DNA of 64,000 nt, from assembly GCA_035533435.1 (NCBI GenBank), contig DATLTX010000058.1:27-64026 (forward strand). Direction: 5' to 3'. The DNA is from Candidatus Binataceae bacterium. Lineage in GTDB: Bacteria > Desulfobacterota > Binatia > Binatales > Binataceae. The notes beneath the pieces were generated by a model. It did no database searches and was not told the origin of the DNA. It saw only the letters and a list, made by a program, of their open reading frames with translations. Below are positions 34,494 to 45,272 of the stretch, piece by piece; the first letter of the stretch is position 1; each line of letters opens with the position of its first letter. The translations under genes and the position numbers were made by a program.

Positions 34494-35614
34494 ATCGCGA
34501 GTTGATAATGAGACTGCGCGGACTGCTGCGCAAGGAGTCGCTCCAGATACTGCGCGATCCCTCGAGCATCGCGATCGCCTTCGTGATGCCGGTGGTGCTG
34601 CTTCTGCTTTTCGGCTATGGCGTTTCGCTCGATGCCAAGCGGGTGCCGCTCGCGCTGGTGGTTGAGCAGCCCAATCGCGACACTGCGAACTTCATCGCGG
34701 GATTCTTTCAGTCGCCCTACTTCGTGCCGGTCCGCTTCGCGACCATCCAGGAGGCCGACGCCGCGATGAACACGCGACGCGTCGAAGGGATCGTATGGCT
34801 GCGCAGCAACTTCAGCCGCCAGATGCTGAGCGGGGGCAATGCCCCGATTGGGCTGATCGTCAACGGCGTTGACGCCAACAACGCGCGCATTATCGAGGGC
34901 TACATCCAGCAGGTCTGGGCTAACTGGATCGCGCAGTTCTATGCCAGCCAGGGGCTGCGGCTGAAGACCCCGGTCCAGGCCGACGTGCGGATCTGGTTCA
35001 ACCCCGCCGTGGCCAGCACCGACTTTATCGTCCCCGGCCTCATCGCGGTCATCATGACTCTGACCGGAGCACTGCTGACCGCGATGGTGGTGGCACGCGA
35101 ATGGGAACGCGGCACGATGGAGGCACTGCTGGTCACTCCCGCCAGCATTCACGAGATTATCCTGAGCAAGCTCGTTCCATACTTCGTTCTCGGCATGGGC
35201 GGAATGATTCTGTCGGTAATGATGGCGTTGTGGCTATTCGCGGTCCCGTTGCGCGGCTCGATATGGGTATTGATGGCGTCGTCGGGAGCGTTTCTGTTGT
35301 GCGCGCTCGGGATGGGGCTGGTGATATCGACGGTCAGCAAGAACCAGTTCGTGGCCGGTCAAATCGCGATCATAGTAACCTACCTGCCGGCGTTCATGCT
35401 GTCCGGTTTCATATTCGATCTCCACAGCATGCCTGTCGTTATACAGTGGATTACTCATATTGTCGCGGCGCGCTATTTCGTGACTATCCTGCAGAGTGTA
35501 TTCCTTGCCGGCAACGTATGGTCCGTGACCGTGCCGAATATCATCGCATTGCTGGTAATGGCGGCGATCTTCCTCGGTATGGCGCGGCTTATGGCCCGCA
35601 AGAGTCTCGAGTGA
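34490..35614 (+). CDS. ABC-2 family transporter permease
   Basis: Six-TM ABC-2 permease. The start ATGA overlaps the ATPase gene stop. Confidence 0.8.
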   Translation: MNRELIMRLRGLLRKESLQILRDPSSIAIAFVMPVVLLLLFGYGVSLDAKRVPLALVVEQPNRDTANFIAGFFQSPYFVPVRFATIQEADAAMNTRRVEGIVWLRSNFSRQMLSGGNAPIGLIVNGVDANNARIIEGYIQQVWANWIAQFYASQGLRLKTPVQADVRIWFNPAVASTDFIVPGLIAVIMTLTGALLTAMVVAREWERGTMEALLVTPASIHEIILSKLVPYFVLGMGGMILSVMMALWLFAVPLRGSIWVLMASSGAFLLCALGMGLVISTVSKNQFVAGQIAIIVTYLPAFMLSGFIFDLHSMPVVIQWITHIVAARYFVTILQSVFLAGNVWSVTVPNIIALLVMAAIFLGMARLMARKSLE

Positions 35615-36732
35615 TGAAGGCGATGCTGAACCGGGTCGTCGCACTGGTCATCAAGGAACTGCTCGCCCTGCTAAGGGATTCCAGGAGCCGCTTCGTCCTG
35701 CTGGCGCCGCCGATCATCCAGCTCATGGTGTTCGGTTACGCGGCTACGTTTGACCTGAACCACGTCCCGTTCGCGATCTACAACGAGGATCCAAGCGAGG
35801 CGTCGCGCGATCTGGTCGCACGCTTCGAGGGCGCCCCGACGTTCCAGGAGATCGCGCGCCTCCACAGCGACGCCGAAGTCGCGCCGCTAATCGACCGGCG
35901 CCAGGCGCTGATGGTCTTGCACATCGACCGGCGCTTCAGCCGCGATCTGCTGACCGGCACGCCGGGTCGCGTGCAGATTATCCTTGACGGGCGCAACTCC
36001 AACACCGCGCTCTTGGTGATGGGCTACGCGAGCACGATCCTCGCCGATTTCGACACCCAATGGGCTGCAGACCATGGCGGATTCAATCCGCCGGCCACAC
36101 TGGATATTCGCGCCCGCTACAACGCGAATCTCGAATCGCGATGGTTCATCATTCCCGGCATCGTGGCGCTCCTGACCCTGGTGGTTACGCTCGTCGTCAT
36201 CGCGCTCTCGGTTGCGCGCGAGCGCGAAGCCGGGACCTTCGATCAATTGCTGGTAACACCGTTGCGCCCGATCGACATCCTGCTCGGCAAAAGCATCCCG
36301 GGCTTTCTCATCGGAAGCTTCGAGGCGAGCGTCATCATCGCCGCTGGCGTGCTGTGGTTCGGCGTGCCGCTGCGCGGAGGATTTGCACCGCTGTACATCG
36401 GGATGTTCCTGTTCCTGCTGTCAGTAATCGGGGTTGGGCTGATGATCTCGTCACTCGCGGTGACACAGCAGCAAGCGTTGCTCGGCACTTTCATGTTCCT
36501 GGTGCCCGCGGTCATCCTTTCGGGCTTCGCCACTCCGATCGCCAACATGCCGCCGGCGGTGCAGTATATGACCTACATCAATCCGATGCGCTACTTCCTG
36601 ATAGTGGTACGGGGGGTCTTTTTGGAGCGCGCTTCGACCTATTCGCTCTTGCCATTGTACTGGCCGATGTTGCTAATCGGGCTCGCGACCCTGACGATGG
36701 CGGGATGGCTCTTTCGCAGGCGGCTTTACTAA
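35614..36732 (+). CDS. ABC-2 family transporter permease (paralogue)
   Basis: Paralogous to the preceding permease. The TGATG overlap indicates translational coupling. Confidence 0.8.
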   Translation: MKAMLNRVVALVIKELLALLRDSRSRFVLLAPPIIQLMVFGYAATFDLNHVPFAIYNEDPSEASRDLVARFEGAPTFQEIARLHSDAEVAPLIDRRQALMVLHIDRRFSRDLLTGTPGRVQIILDGRNSNTALLVMGYASTILADFDTQWAADHGGFNPPATLDIRARYNANLESRWFIIPGIVALLTLVVTLVVIALSVAREREAGTFDQLLVTPLRPIDILLGKSIPGFLIGSFEASVIIAAGVLWFGVPLRGGFAPLYIGMFLFLLSVIGVGLMISSLAVTQQQALLGTFMFLVPAVILSGFATPIANMPPAVQYMTYINPMRYFLIVVRGVFLERASTYSLLPLYWPMLLIGLATLTMAGWLFRRRLY

Positions 36733-36754
36733 GATCGAGACGATGCGGCGAATT

Positions 36755-38770
36755 TTACTTCACTTGCCGGACGGACTCCGGACGCGCGCGCTGCGCGGGT
36801 TCATCCGCCGCTGGCCGGGCACCGAGGATCTGAGCTAACTCCTCGGGACCGACGGTCTCTTCGCGCAGCAGCGCCGCGGCCAGCGCGTCGAGCAGCGCTC
36901 GCGCATCAGTCAGTCGGCGGCGAACGTCGTCGTGAGCTTCCTCGATCAGGCGTTGAACGTCCTGGTCGATACGGGCCGCGGTGGCTTCGCTGTAGTCGCG
37001 ACCCTGCGAAATCTCATAGCCCAGAAACGGCTGCTGCTCGTCGGTCTTGAACGCCACCGGGCCAAGTGTGCCCATACCCCATCGCGTGACCATCCGCCGC
37101 GCAAGCCGGGTAGCCTCAACGAGGTCGTTCTCGGCTCCGGTGGTCACCTCGTTGAATACTAACTCCTCGGCCGAGCGTCCGCCGAGCATCACCGCCAGCC
37201 GCGCCTTGAGGTAGGCGAGGCTGAGGTTGTGCCGCTCCTCGCCGGGAATCTGCTCGGTCAGGCCCAGCGCCTGCCCGTGAGGTACGATCGTAATCTTGTG
37301 TACGGCGTCGGCCTGGGGCGTGAGCCACGCCACGAGTGCGTGCCCCGATTCGTGATAGGCGATAACGCGGCGCTCCGCGGGATCGACCAGATGCGGCTGC
37401 GCGGCGCCGAGGCGGACCTGATCTTGCGCCTCTTCGAAATCCGCCATGGTGACGGTTTCGTGATTGTGCCTGGCGGCGGTAAGCGCGGCCTCGTTACAGA
37501 GATTGCCCAGGTCGGCGCCGCTCATCCCGATCGTGCTGCGGGCCAGAGTAGCGAGATCCACGCTTGCGTCCAGATGCAGCCTGCGCGAGTGGATGCGCAA
37601 AATGCCTTCGCGCCCTTTGCGATCCGGCAATCCGATAACCACCTGGCGATCAAAGCGCCCCGGCCGCAGCAGCGCCGGATCGAGAACGTCGGGCCGATTG
37701 GTGGCGGCCAGAATGATCACCTCGATTCGCTCATCGAAGCCATCGAGTTCGCCGAGCAACTGGTTAAGAGTCTGTTCGCGCTCGTCGTTGACGGTGCCAA
37801 GGCCCGCGCCGCGCCGCCGTCCGACCGCATCGAGTTCGTCGATAAATACGATTGCGGGAGCGGATGCCTTGGCCTGGCGAAACAAATCCCGCACGCGGCT
37901 GGCGCCCACTCCAACGAACATCTCGACGAACTCCGAAGCGTTCAGGCTGAAGAATGGAACTCCCGCTTCTCCGGCGACAGCGCGCGCCAGCAGCGTTTTT
38001 CCAGTCCCGGGCGCTCCGACCAGCAGGACTCCTTTTGGGATGCGCGCTCCGAGGTCATGGTATTTCTTCGGGTGCTTTAGAAAATCGACCTCCTCCTGCA
38101 ACTCGGCTTTGGCTTCGTCGGCACCGGCCACGTCGTCGAAGGTCACCTTCGGAGCTTCGCTACTATAGCGTCGGGCCTTCATCCGGCCGATGCCGAACAT
38201 TCCGGATTGTCCGCGACCCGCGCGGCTGCTCATCCACCAGAAAAATCCAATCAACAGCATTACGGGCAGCCATTCGAGCAGGAATCCGACAAACCATGGC
38301 GCAGAGCTCGGCGACACGTCGACCAGGACCTTGTGGCTTAAGAACAGCGCCATCAGGCCGGGATCGCCGACCGCAACAGGGAAGGTGGTATGAAAGGCGA
38401 GGTAGGAAATCGCGGGTTCCGATGGTGTCGGCGGGGGCGCAGGCTTCGCCGGTACCGCAGGCTCGGGAGCAGGCGCGGGCTCGACCTTTGGCGGCTGCGC
38501 CGCTTTAGGCGCGGGCGAGAGCACAGGTTTCAAGAATGTGCCGGTGATCGAATCACCAACAATATGTACCTTTGCAACGTTATCGGCACGCACCTGCGCG
38601 ACAAACCCCGAGTAGGGAATTTCAAGTTCGGGTTTCGAGCGCGGCCACAGCGAAATCGCGTTCCAAATCAGGAACGCGGTCAGAATCAGCCACCACCACC
38701 AGACCCCCTGGGGAGGCGTCTGGCGCGGCGCCGGTGGCTTTGGCGCGGTATCGTCTTGCTGGACTGCCAT
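36755..38770 (-). CDS. ftsH: ATP-dependent zinc metalloprotease FtsH
   Basis: N-terminal TMs, AAA+ Walker A GAPGTGKT and SRH, and the HEXXH zinc motif (HESGHA). Confidence 0.9.
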   Translation of the reverse strand: MAVQQDDTAPKPPAPRQTPPQGVWWWWLILTAFLIWNAISLWPRSKPELEIPYSGFVAQVRADNVAKVHIVGDSITGTFLKPVLSPAPKAAQPPKVEPAPAPEPAVPAKPAPPPTPSEPAISYLAFHTTFPVAVGDPGLMALFLSHKVLVDVSPSSAPWFVGFLLEWLPVMLLIGFFWWMSSRAGRGQSGMFGIGRMKARRYSSEAPKVTFDDVAGADEAKAELQEEVDFLKHPKKYHDLGARIPKGVLLVGAPGTGKTLLARAVAGEAGVPFFSLNASEFVEMFVGVGASRVRDLFRQAKASAPAIVFIDELDAVGRRRGAGLGTVNDEREQTLNQLLGELDGFDERIEVIILAATNRPDVLDPALLRPGRFDRQVVIGLPDRKGREGILRIHSRRLHLDASVDLATLARSTIGMSGADLGNLCNEAALTAARHNHETVTMADFEEAQDQVRLGAAQPHLVDPAERRVIAYHESGHALVAWLTPQADAVHKITIVPHGQALGLTEQIPGEERHNLSLAYLKARLAVMLGGRSAEELVFNEVTTGAENDLVEATRLARRMVTRWGMGTLGPVAFKTDEQQPFLGYEISQGRDYSEATAARIDQDVQRLIEEAHDDVRRRLTDARALLDALAAALLREETVGPEELAQILGARPAADEPAQRARPESVRQVK

Positions 38771-38877
38771 GCGCGTCTGCTGAACGTTACCATTTCATCG
38801 CAAACGCACAATCCGCACCACTGCCATGCGCCAATGATTTTTCAGCGAGGCTCCGAGATTGCTCGCGAACTGGCGGT

Positions 38878-39807
38878 TCAGGCCGCCGCCCAGCGGGGAC
38901 TCGCGCCGATACGGGCTAGCACCTCCATCACGCGATGCGGCTCGCCCAGATCGCTCCAGTCCACTCCGCGCATCGGCAGCACCCCCAGGTTGAATGATGT
39001 GCGCTCAAGTATCTGCTTGGAGAAGTTGATGGGCTCCAGGCTGGCATAGAGCGCGGCAATTGCGCGCTCCTCGAACGGCGTGCCAAGGCGGCTGCGAATC
39101 TGTGCGAACGAGGCATACAGCGGCGGCGCCGCCACCATGATCAAGCCCAGCAGGGTCGAGACGCGCGCCACGATCACAAAGCTGTTCCACAGGCATCCGC
39201 GGTTGAACAACTCCAGCGCGAGTTCGCGCGACGGCTTTTCCCAGAAACGCCGGACCCGGAACACCGCCGCCGCATCTCCTCCAAACGACTGCGCGGGTTC
39301 GATCCATCCATACCCGATCTCTGGTCCGGTTGGCGCGACACCGATCAACACGGTCAACTCCGGTCGAACCCGGGTGGCGTTGAATGCGAGCGCGATCTGT
39401 TCGGCGAATTTGCGGTCGTCGCTGACGTAATGATCCGACGGGAGCAGCGCGACGGTCGCGGCCGGCATCGTTCGCGCTATGCGCAGCAGCGCGTAGAGAA
39501 TCGCCGGCGCGGTGCCGCGATTCTCGGGCTGTATCACCATGCTATCAGCCAGAGCATCGGCGAGAATCGGCGCGTAGAAGCGTTCGTGCGCGCGGGTAAG
39601 CACCGTCAACGTCCGCGACCGTCCTGCTATCAGGGACGCGCGATGACGCGTCTGCTCGAGCAGCGTGGTTGCGCCGAGCACCGGGCAGAATTGTTTAGGC
39701 ACCTCCTGACCCGAAATTTTCCTGGTCAGAGACCGCAGCCGCGTCCCGTCACCGCCCGCCAGGATAATCGCCACATTATCCGCCGCTCGGTTACCCGACG
39801 CTTCCAT
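38878..39807 (-). CDS. sugar-phosphate nucleotidyltransferase (mannose-1-P guanylyltransferase-like)
   Basis: N-terminal AIILAGGDGTRLRSLT pyrophosphorylase signature. Confidence 0.7.
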   Translation of the reverse strand: MEASGNRAADNVAIILAGGDGTRLRSLTRKISGQEVPKQFCPVLGATTLLEQTRHRASLIAGRSRTLTVLTRAHERFYAPILADALADSMVIQPENRGTAPAILYALLRIARTMPAATVALLPSDHYVSDDRKFAEQIALAFNATRVRPELTVLIGVAPTGPEIGYGWIEPAQSFGGDAAAVFRVRRFWEKPSRELALELFNRGCLWNSFVIVARVSTLLGLIMVAAPPLYASFAQIRSRLGTPFEERAIAALYASLEPINFSKQILERTSFNLGVLPMRGVDWSDLGEPHRVMEVLARIGASPRWAAA

Positions 39808-39997
39808 GAGATGTACCTCGGCTTATCCCGGGCAGTCAGACGCAAGGAGTCTGCCAATTGCAATAGTGCCGCGGCGCACGATTCCGCGTGGTGCGTATTG
39901 CAGGGTGAGAGCGATGGCTGTGGCGATCAGCGCCACAGTGTGGCTCCATTCTGTAGCTGTAAGAGGCAGCTCGACCGAAAAATCTCCACGCTCGCGA

Positions 39998-40013
39998 TGG
40001 CACGACCTTCGCT
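39998..40013 (+). promoter_or_regulatory. candidate sigma54 promoter for Usp-CBS gene 1
   Basis: TGGCACGaccTTcGCt. Shares CGATGGCACGAC with the paralogue promoter. Confidence 0.55.
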
Positions 40014-40041
40014 CACTTCGAGATTGAAGGAGTTCGTCAGG

Positions 40042-40845
40042 ATGCCGAGCTTGAGGAAAATTCTTTGCCCCGTTGATCTGGACGACAACGTCGCGATTGC
40101 CCTCGATATCGCCGAGCCGCTCGCGCGCCAGAACGACGCGAAGATCGTCGTTCTTCATGTGGTTCCTGTCGTGCTCAGGCCGGAGGCCATTGCGTTATCC
40201 GCTGAATTGTACAAGTCGCAAGTGGACGCCGCCCGCTGGAAGCTCGCCGAACTGGCGCACAAGCATCTCGGCGGCCTCAAAAGCGAGATCGTCGTCGAGC
40301 TTGGCGATCCGGCCGCGATAATCATCGCGACCGCGAATCAACTTCCCGCCGACCTGCTGGTGATGACCACGCACGGACGGCGCGGACTCTCGCGCCTGAT
40401 ACTCGGCAGCGTCGCCGAGACGGTGATGCGCAGGGTTCGGTGCCCAATCATGACGGCCAGAGATTCGCACATCGACCGGCTCGCAGTCGGCCACTGGATG
40501 ACCGCGCATCCGGTCACCGCCTCGCCAGACGATAACTTGTCCACGGTCTCGGTAAAGATGCACGAGGGACGATTCCGCACGATGCCGGTCGTGAGCGCGG
40601 GTAAGCTGGTCGGCGTCATCACCGATCGCGACGTGAGGGCAAATCACAGCCAAACGATACCCATTAAAGTCGGAAAGGTTATGACCCGCGAAGTTCTGAC
40701 CGTAACACCGTCAACTTCAATTCTGGATGCGGCGCGGCTGGTCAGCGAACGCAAGATCGGCGCGCTGCCGGTCCTGAAGGATGGAGATCTGGTGGGAATT
40801 ATCTCGACTGGAGATCTCCTCCATGCGTTCGTTGAGATGCAGTGA
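40042..40845 (+). CDS. universal stress protein (UspA) domain fused to CBS pair
   Basis: Usp ATP-binding motif region (VMTTHGRRGLSRLILGSVAE) followed by two CBS motifs. The start is an ATG with AGGAG-N9; the ORF-track start at 39430 is antisense-overlapping and rejected. Confidence 0.8.
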   Translation: MPSLRKILCPVDLDDNVAIALDIAEPLARQNDAKIVVLHVVPVVLRPEAIALSAELYKSQVDAARWKLAELAHKHLGGLKSEIVVELGDPAAIIIATANQLPADLLVMTTHGRRGLSRLILGSVAETVMRRVRCPIMTARDSHIDRLAVGHWMTAHPVTASPDDNLSTVSVKMHEGRFRTMPVVSAGKLVGVITDRDVRANHSQTIPIKVGKVMTREVLTVTPSTSILDAARLVSERKIGALPVLKDGDLVGIISTGDLLHAFVEMQ

Positions 40846-40852
40846 ACGCTGA

Positions 40853-40876
40853 TGCCGATTGAGGCATCGCATAGCG
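40853..40876 (+). terminator. hairpin downstream of Usp-CBS gene 1
   Basis: GATGCC-gattga-GGCATC stem-loop (6-7 bp stem) 8 nt after the stop codon. No U-tract, which is usual in high-GC genomes. Confidence 0.3.
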
Positions 40877-41036
40877 CGCGAAATGTCGCCATCGGCAACA
40901 TCTCATGAGAGATTTGCACTTTAGCATGATCGATTTTGTTGATGTTTCAACGTCCAATCAGTATAGCTGGGCAACATCAGCAAGCGATTTCTTTCGGGAC
41001 CGTGAAACGCGCAAGCAACTGTAATGATCCGGGGGA

Positions 41037-41052
41037 AGGCACGGTTGTTGCT
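41037..41052 (+). promoter_or_regulatory. candidate sigma54 promoter for porin/cytochrome/Rieske-cyt b operon
   Basis: aGGCACGgttgTTGCT, near-perfect consensus, 47 nt upstream of ATG 41099. Confidence 0.6.
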
Positions 41053-41098
41053 CCCCCCGGCAGTGAGCCAAATCCATGATCGCCACGGGGGAGTCAGT

Positions 41099-42661
41099 AT
41101 GCGAACAAGGCGCTTTCTCATCACGCTTTCGATGGTATTGAGCCTCGCCGTTTTCGCGGGAGCGGGGCGCGCACTGGCGCAGGATTCAGGCGCGGGCGAT
41201 GCGGCCTCGCTTAAGGAGATCCAGCGCGAGATGCGTCAGATGCGCGCGGAGCGCAAAACCGATCGCGCACTGATCCAGCATCTCGAATCGCAGGTGAACG
41301 AACTCGAAACGCACAACGCGAAAACTCAGCCGACGGCCGATCAGTTGCGCAACACCGATCAAAAGCTGCAGGCGACGACCCTCGAGCTGCAGCAGACCAC
41401 CGCGCAGGTCAAGACTCTGCAAGCCAAGGTTAACGCGCCGATTCCGCCGGCCGACTTCAGTGAAGCGTTCAACCGCTACGTCGGCTCTCATTCGTTCACA
41501 ATAACCGGCGCCGCGGCGGGGCAGTTCGTCTATGATCAGCAGAGCAGCTCGATCGACGGTCTTCATCACGCCAGTCAGAACACTTTCATGTTCGACTGGG
41601 AGCCGATGATTCTGTACCGGCCAACCGACTGGATACTGTTCCAGGGTGTTTTTAGCGCTGGCTTCGGAAGCAGTGGAACCGGAACCGATCTTTCGACCGC
41701 CGACTTCCAGATTTTTCTCAACAAGTACATGACGCTGGTCGCGGGTCTCTACGATCAACCGTTCGGCGATTGGTACGAAGCGCAAAGCCCAATGTGGGTG
41801 AACCGCTTTATCACAGCCCCGCTCCCGTTCGGCGTTGAAGCGGTCGTTCCGGGCGGCGAGATCGGGCTCCAGCTCCGCGGCGGGATGCAGTGGGGAAAGC
41901 TCGGCCAGGATTTCGACTACACGGTCTGGGGCGGAAACGGTCCGACCTTCAGCGAGCCGGTGATGGGCGCGGCGGTCGGCGGACCTTCGTCGGTGGCGTC
42001 GAGCCAGACTAACGGCAAATCAATCGGCGCGCGGTTGCGCGTTTATCCGTTGCCGATCGAGGCCGAGATGGGCCGGCTCGAGCTGGGCGCATCGACCTAT
42101 AACGGCAAATGGATGAATGGCAACTGGTTCAATTCCTGGGGTGTCGATTTCAATTACTTCAAGGACTCTTTCCAGGCTCGCGGCGAATGGCTCGAGGCAT
42201 ACCGGCAGATGCCCTCCGGAATGGGCACGGATCATCGCCAGGGATGGTACCTGCAATTCGGCTACTTCCTGAACCAGGTTAATGCACCGATGGTTCCGAC
42301 CGAGGTCAACGACTTTATTCATCGGCTGGAACCGCTGGTACGCTACTCGGGCGTCAATCAACGCGGCGTTGCCAGCGACGATATCGCGGGCGCGACCGGG
42401 ACCGGATTCGGCGGCACCCAAGTGGGCCTTGTCCCCGACTTTGGAATAACCGGATCGCCGGCGTTGTACGCTCCCCATTCGCGCGAAGTTGCGCTCGGAC
42501 TTGACTATTGGATCGCACCTTCGATCGTGTGGCAGAACGAATTCGATATCGAACTACCGCACGCGGGTGGTCTGTTCGTCTCCTCGACCGGAGTCGAGAC
42601 GCCGGTCGGTTCGGTGCCCAACGATCGCGCATTCCTGAGCCAGTTCACGATCGGATTCTGA
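41099..42661 (+). CDS. putative outer-membrane porin with N-terminal coiled coil
   Basis: Signal peptide (ALA-QD), an ~90-aa coiled coil, then alternating amphipathic beta-strand pattern ending in a C-terminal Phe (TIGF). The start has GGGGAG-N6-ATG. Confidence 0.5.
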   Translation: MRTRRFLITLSMVLSLAVFAGAGRALAQDSGAGDAASLKEIQREMRQMRAERKTDRALIQHLESQVNELETHNAKTQPTADQLRNTDQKLQATTLELQQTTAQVKTLQAKVNAPIPPADFSEAFNRYVGSHSFTITGAAAGQFVYDQQSSSIDGLHHASQNTFMFDWEPMILYRPTDWILFQGVFSAGFGSSGTGTDLSTADFQIFLNKYMTLVAGLYDQPFGDWYEAQSPMWVNRFITAPLPFGVEAVVPGGEIGLQLRGGMQWGKLGQDFDYTVWGGNGPTFSEPVMGAAVGGPSSVASSQTNGKSIGARLRVYPLPIEAEMGRLELGASTYNGKWMNGNWFNSWGVDFNYFKDSFQARGEWLEAYRQMPSGMGTDHRQGWYLQFGYFLNQVNAPMVPTEVNDFIHRLEPLVRYSGVNQRGVASDDIAGATGTGFGGTQVGLVPDFGITGSPALYAPHSREVALGLDYWIAPSIVWQNEFDIELPHAGGLFVSSTGVETPVGSVPNDRAFLSQFTIGF

Positions 42662-42675
42662 GGGGAGCAACGATC

Positions 42676-42960
42676 ATGAGAAAGATATTCTTTGCGATTG
42701 TGCTAATGGTGGTGACCGTTGGTTCTCTCGGTGGTATCGTTTGGGCTGACGAACCGATATCTCCGGCGGAACATCGAAAGCTGTTCCGCGAGGGCGCGGA
42801 GTTGTGGCCGATCTATTGCAACCAGTGCCACAACGCGCGTCCCGGTTCCGAAAAGGCGCCTTATGAATGGGACCAAATCATGATGCACATGCGGACGCTC
42901 GGAAATCTCCCGCCGGAAGATGCGCAGGCGATCCTCGAGTACCTCAAAGCCGGCCGCTGA
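42676..42960 (+). CDS. small monohaem c-type cytochrome
   Basis: Signal peptide plus a single CNQCH haem-binding motif. 94 aa. AGGGGAG RBS. Confidence 0.6.
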   Translation: MRKIFFAIVLMVVTVGSLGGIVWADEPISPAEHRKLFREGAELWPIYCNQCHNARPGSEKAPYEWDQIMMHMRTLGNLPPEDAQAILEYLKAGR

Positions 42961-42987
42961 ACCGACCGCGGTCAATTCAACCCTTCG

Positions 42988-43356
42988 ATGGAGGATATAG
43001 TGAAGCGACTGATCCCAATCCTTGCCGCCGCCGCAATCGTCGCATGTGCAAGCGCTTCCGTGCGCGCCGCTGACATGGCCGCGGCCAAGCAGAACTACGA
43101 AACCTTTTGCGTCAAATGCCACGGCCCCGGCGGCAAGGGCGACGGACCCGCCGCGGCGACGCTGAGCACGCATCCGCGCGATTTCACCGATTGCGCGCGG
43201 ATGGAAAAGGAATCCGACGACAAACTGTTCAACGTAATCAAGAACGGCGGCGCCGCCAACGGCTTGAGCGCCGATATGCAGGCCTGGAGCAACGGCTTCG
43301 AGGACAGCGAGATCAAAGACCTGGTCGCGTACGTACGCACCTTCTGCAAGAAGTAG
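42988..43356 (+). CDS. class I c-type cytochrome
   Basis: Signal peptide and a CVKCH haem motif, with a distal Met ligand region (ADMQAW). Confidence 0.7.
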   Translation: MEDIVKRLIPILAAAAIVACASASVRAADMAAAKQNYETFCVKCHGPGGKGDGPAAATLSTHPRDFTDCARMEKESDDKLFNVIKNGGAANGLSADMQAWSNGFEDSEIKDLVAYVRTFCKK

Positions 43357-43358
43357 CG

Positions 43359-45272
43359 ATGAGTGCGGCGGCGAAGATCGATGCGCGGCCACGCGACCTG
43401 TGGTGGTTCCGGAAAAATGTCCCGTGCCTTGACGCCTGCCCGGTCAAGACCGACGCGGGCCGCTACGTGCAGTTGATTGCCGAGGGGCGCTTCGCCGAAG
43501 CTTACCGCGTCGCGCGCGCTCCCAACCCTATCGCCTCGATCTGCGGCCACGCGTGCGGCGCCCCGTGCGAGGACGCGTGCCGACGCGGCAAGATCGACGC
43601 GCCGGTAACGATTCGCGCGCTCAAGCGATTCGTCGCCGAGCAGTTCGGCCCCGAGTCTCTTTCCGCGAGCGATCTGCGCGAAATCCTGGCCGGCTCGATG
43701 GGCGGCGGCAGCACGACCCCGGGCCATGCCAGGATGTCCGCGGCGGCTCCCGCAGCCGACGCCGCGAAAGTCGCAGTAGTCGGCGCAGGCCCGTCGGGAC
43801 TCGCGTGCGCGCATGATCTCGCGATGCTCGGGTGGCGCGTCACGATCTTCGAAGCGATGCCGCATCCGGGCGGGATGCTGCGCTACGGAATTCCCGCCTA
43901 CCGGCTGCCACGCGACGTAATCGACTATCAGGTCGCGGAAATCGAATCGCTCGGAGTCGAGATTCGCTACTCGACGCCGCTTGGCCCGGGCTTCGGAATC
44001 GCTGAGCTGCGCGCGCAGGGCTTCGCCGCGGTGTTCCTCGCGGTCGGCGCCGGCCGCGGACGCGCGGTGAAAATCGACGGCTCCGACGCCGACGGCGTGA
44101 TCAAGGCAATCGATTATCTGCTCAACATCAATCGCGGCTATCGCACCCGGATCGGCAAACGCGTCGTCGTCATCGGCGGAGGCCTGGTTGCGATCGATGC
44201 CGCGCGCATCGCCGTGCGCGCGATGGTTCCGGGACTCGCGATGGCTTCCGACGACGAACACGTCGTCGAAATTGGCACCATGCGGGTCGCACTCGACGCC
44301 GCGCGCGAGGCGGCAAGGCGCGGCGCGCTCGAAGTTACCGTGGTCAGTCTGGAATCTGGCGCGGAGATGCCGGCGATGAAATCGGCGCAGGGCCGCGAAG
44401 AACTCGATATCGCCCGCGACGAAGGGGTCAAGTTCCTGGCCGGATGGGGCCCCAGGCGCGTGCTGGTGAAAGAGCGCAGCGCGACCGGAATCGAGCTGGT
44501 CCGATGCACCCGCGTGTTCGATGACGCGGGCCGGTTCCATCCGGAGTTCAACGACGCCGACCGTATGACCCTCGACACGGATACGGTCATTCTGGCGATT
44601 GGCCAGGCGCCGGATTTGTCGTTTCTGGGCGCTGCCGACGGCGTGGGTGCGACGCCCGGCGGAACGATCAAAATCGATCCGCTGACGCTCGCAACCGAGG
44701 CGCCCGGGATCTTTGCCGGCGGCGACGCCGCGTTTCCACCCGGGATGCTGATTACCGCCGCCCAGCAGGGCAAGCTCGCCGCGCGATCGATCGACGCGTA
44801 TCTGCGCGGAGCTCCAGCCGGAACACCGCATCTCCATGTGAATATAGAAGAGCTGCCCACTGATACGTATTCGATGATTCCGCAGTACGAGCAGATTGCG
44901 CGCGAAATTCCGATCGTCGAGCTTGGGCGGCGGACCGGAATTACCGAAGTCGAGTCGCGGCTCTCGGTCGAGCAGGCGCGCGAGCAGGCCTCGCGATGCC
45001 TCTACTGCCACGTGCATCCGATCTATAACTCGCAGGCCTGCATCCTGTGCAACCGATGCGTTGACGTGTGCCCCGAGCACTGTCTGCACTTCGGCGACGC
45101 GGCCAATATCGCCGACCCGGGCCTGCTCGCGGGCGTCGCGGTGGCGCCGGTGGCGAGCCTGTTTTTGTATGACGAGGCCAAATGCATCCGCTGCGGGCTG
45201 TGCGCGGTGCGATGTCCGACCTCGGCCATAAAAATGGAACGCTTTGAGTTCGAGGAGACTAACGAGCGGTGA
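43359..45272 (+). CDS. GltD-like FAD/NAD(P)H oxidoreductase with N- and C-terminal iron-sulfur cluster domains
   Basis: N-terminal Cys cluster (CGHACGAPCEDACRRG), a dinucleotide motif VAVVGAGPSGLACAH and a second GGGLVAID motif. The C-terminus carries 2x[4Fe-4S] ferredoxin motifs (CLYCHV..CILCNRCVDVCP ; CIRCGLCAVRCP). Starts 3 nt after the preceding stop. Confidence 0.75.
   Translation: MSAAAKIDARPRDLWWFRKNVPCLDACPVKTDAGRYVQLIAEGRFAEAYRVARAPNPIASICGHACGAPCEDACRRGKIDAPVTIRALKRFVAEQFGPESLSASDLREILAGSMGGGSTTPGHARMSAAAPAADAAKVAVVGAGPSGLACAHDLAMLGWRVTIFEAMPHPGGMLRYGIPAYRLPRDVIDYQVAEIESLGVEIRYSTPLGPGFGIAELRAQGFAAVFLAVGAGRGRAVKIDGSDADGVIKAIDYLLNINRGYRTRIGKRVVVIGGGLVAIDAARIAVRAMVPGLAMASDDEHVVEIGTMRVALDAAREAARRGALEVTVVSLESGAEMPAMKSAQGREELDIARDEGVKFLAGWGPRRVLVKERSATGIELVRCTRVFDDAGRFHPEFNDADRMTLDTDTVILAIGQAPDLSFLGAADGVGATPGGTIKIDPLTLATEAPGIFAGGDAAFPPGMLITAAQQGKLAARSIDAYLRGAPAGTPHLHVNIEELPTDTYSMIPQYEQIAREIPIVELGRRTGITEVESRLSVEQAREQASRCLYCHVHPIYNSQACILCNRCVDVCPEHCLHFGDAANIADPGLLAGVAVAPVASLFLYDEAKCIRCGLCAVRCPTSAIKMERFEFEETNER

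Noticed and set aside
39430-40041. Upstream part of ORF 39430..40845, which the ORF track reports as a 471-aa protein.
   Set aside because: The first ~200 codons are antisense to the nucleotidyltransferase gene and lack domain signatures. A good RBS and the Usp domain begin at 40042.
41099-43356. Porin plus cytochromes, possibly a porin-cytochrome (Pcc-type) extracellular electron-transfer conduit.
   Set aside because: The adjacent cytochromes are small monohaem proteins. Known conduits use large multihaem cytochromes, so the porin is more plausibly a general or solute porin for the operon.
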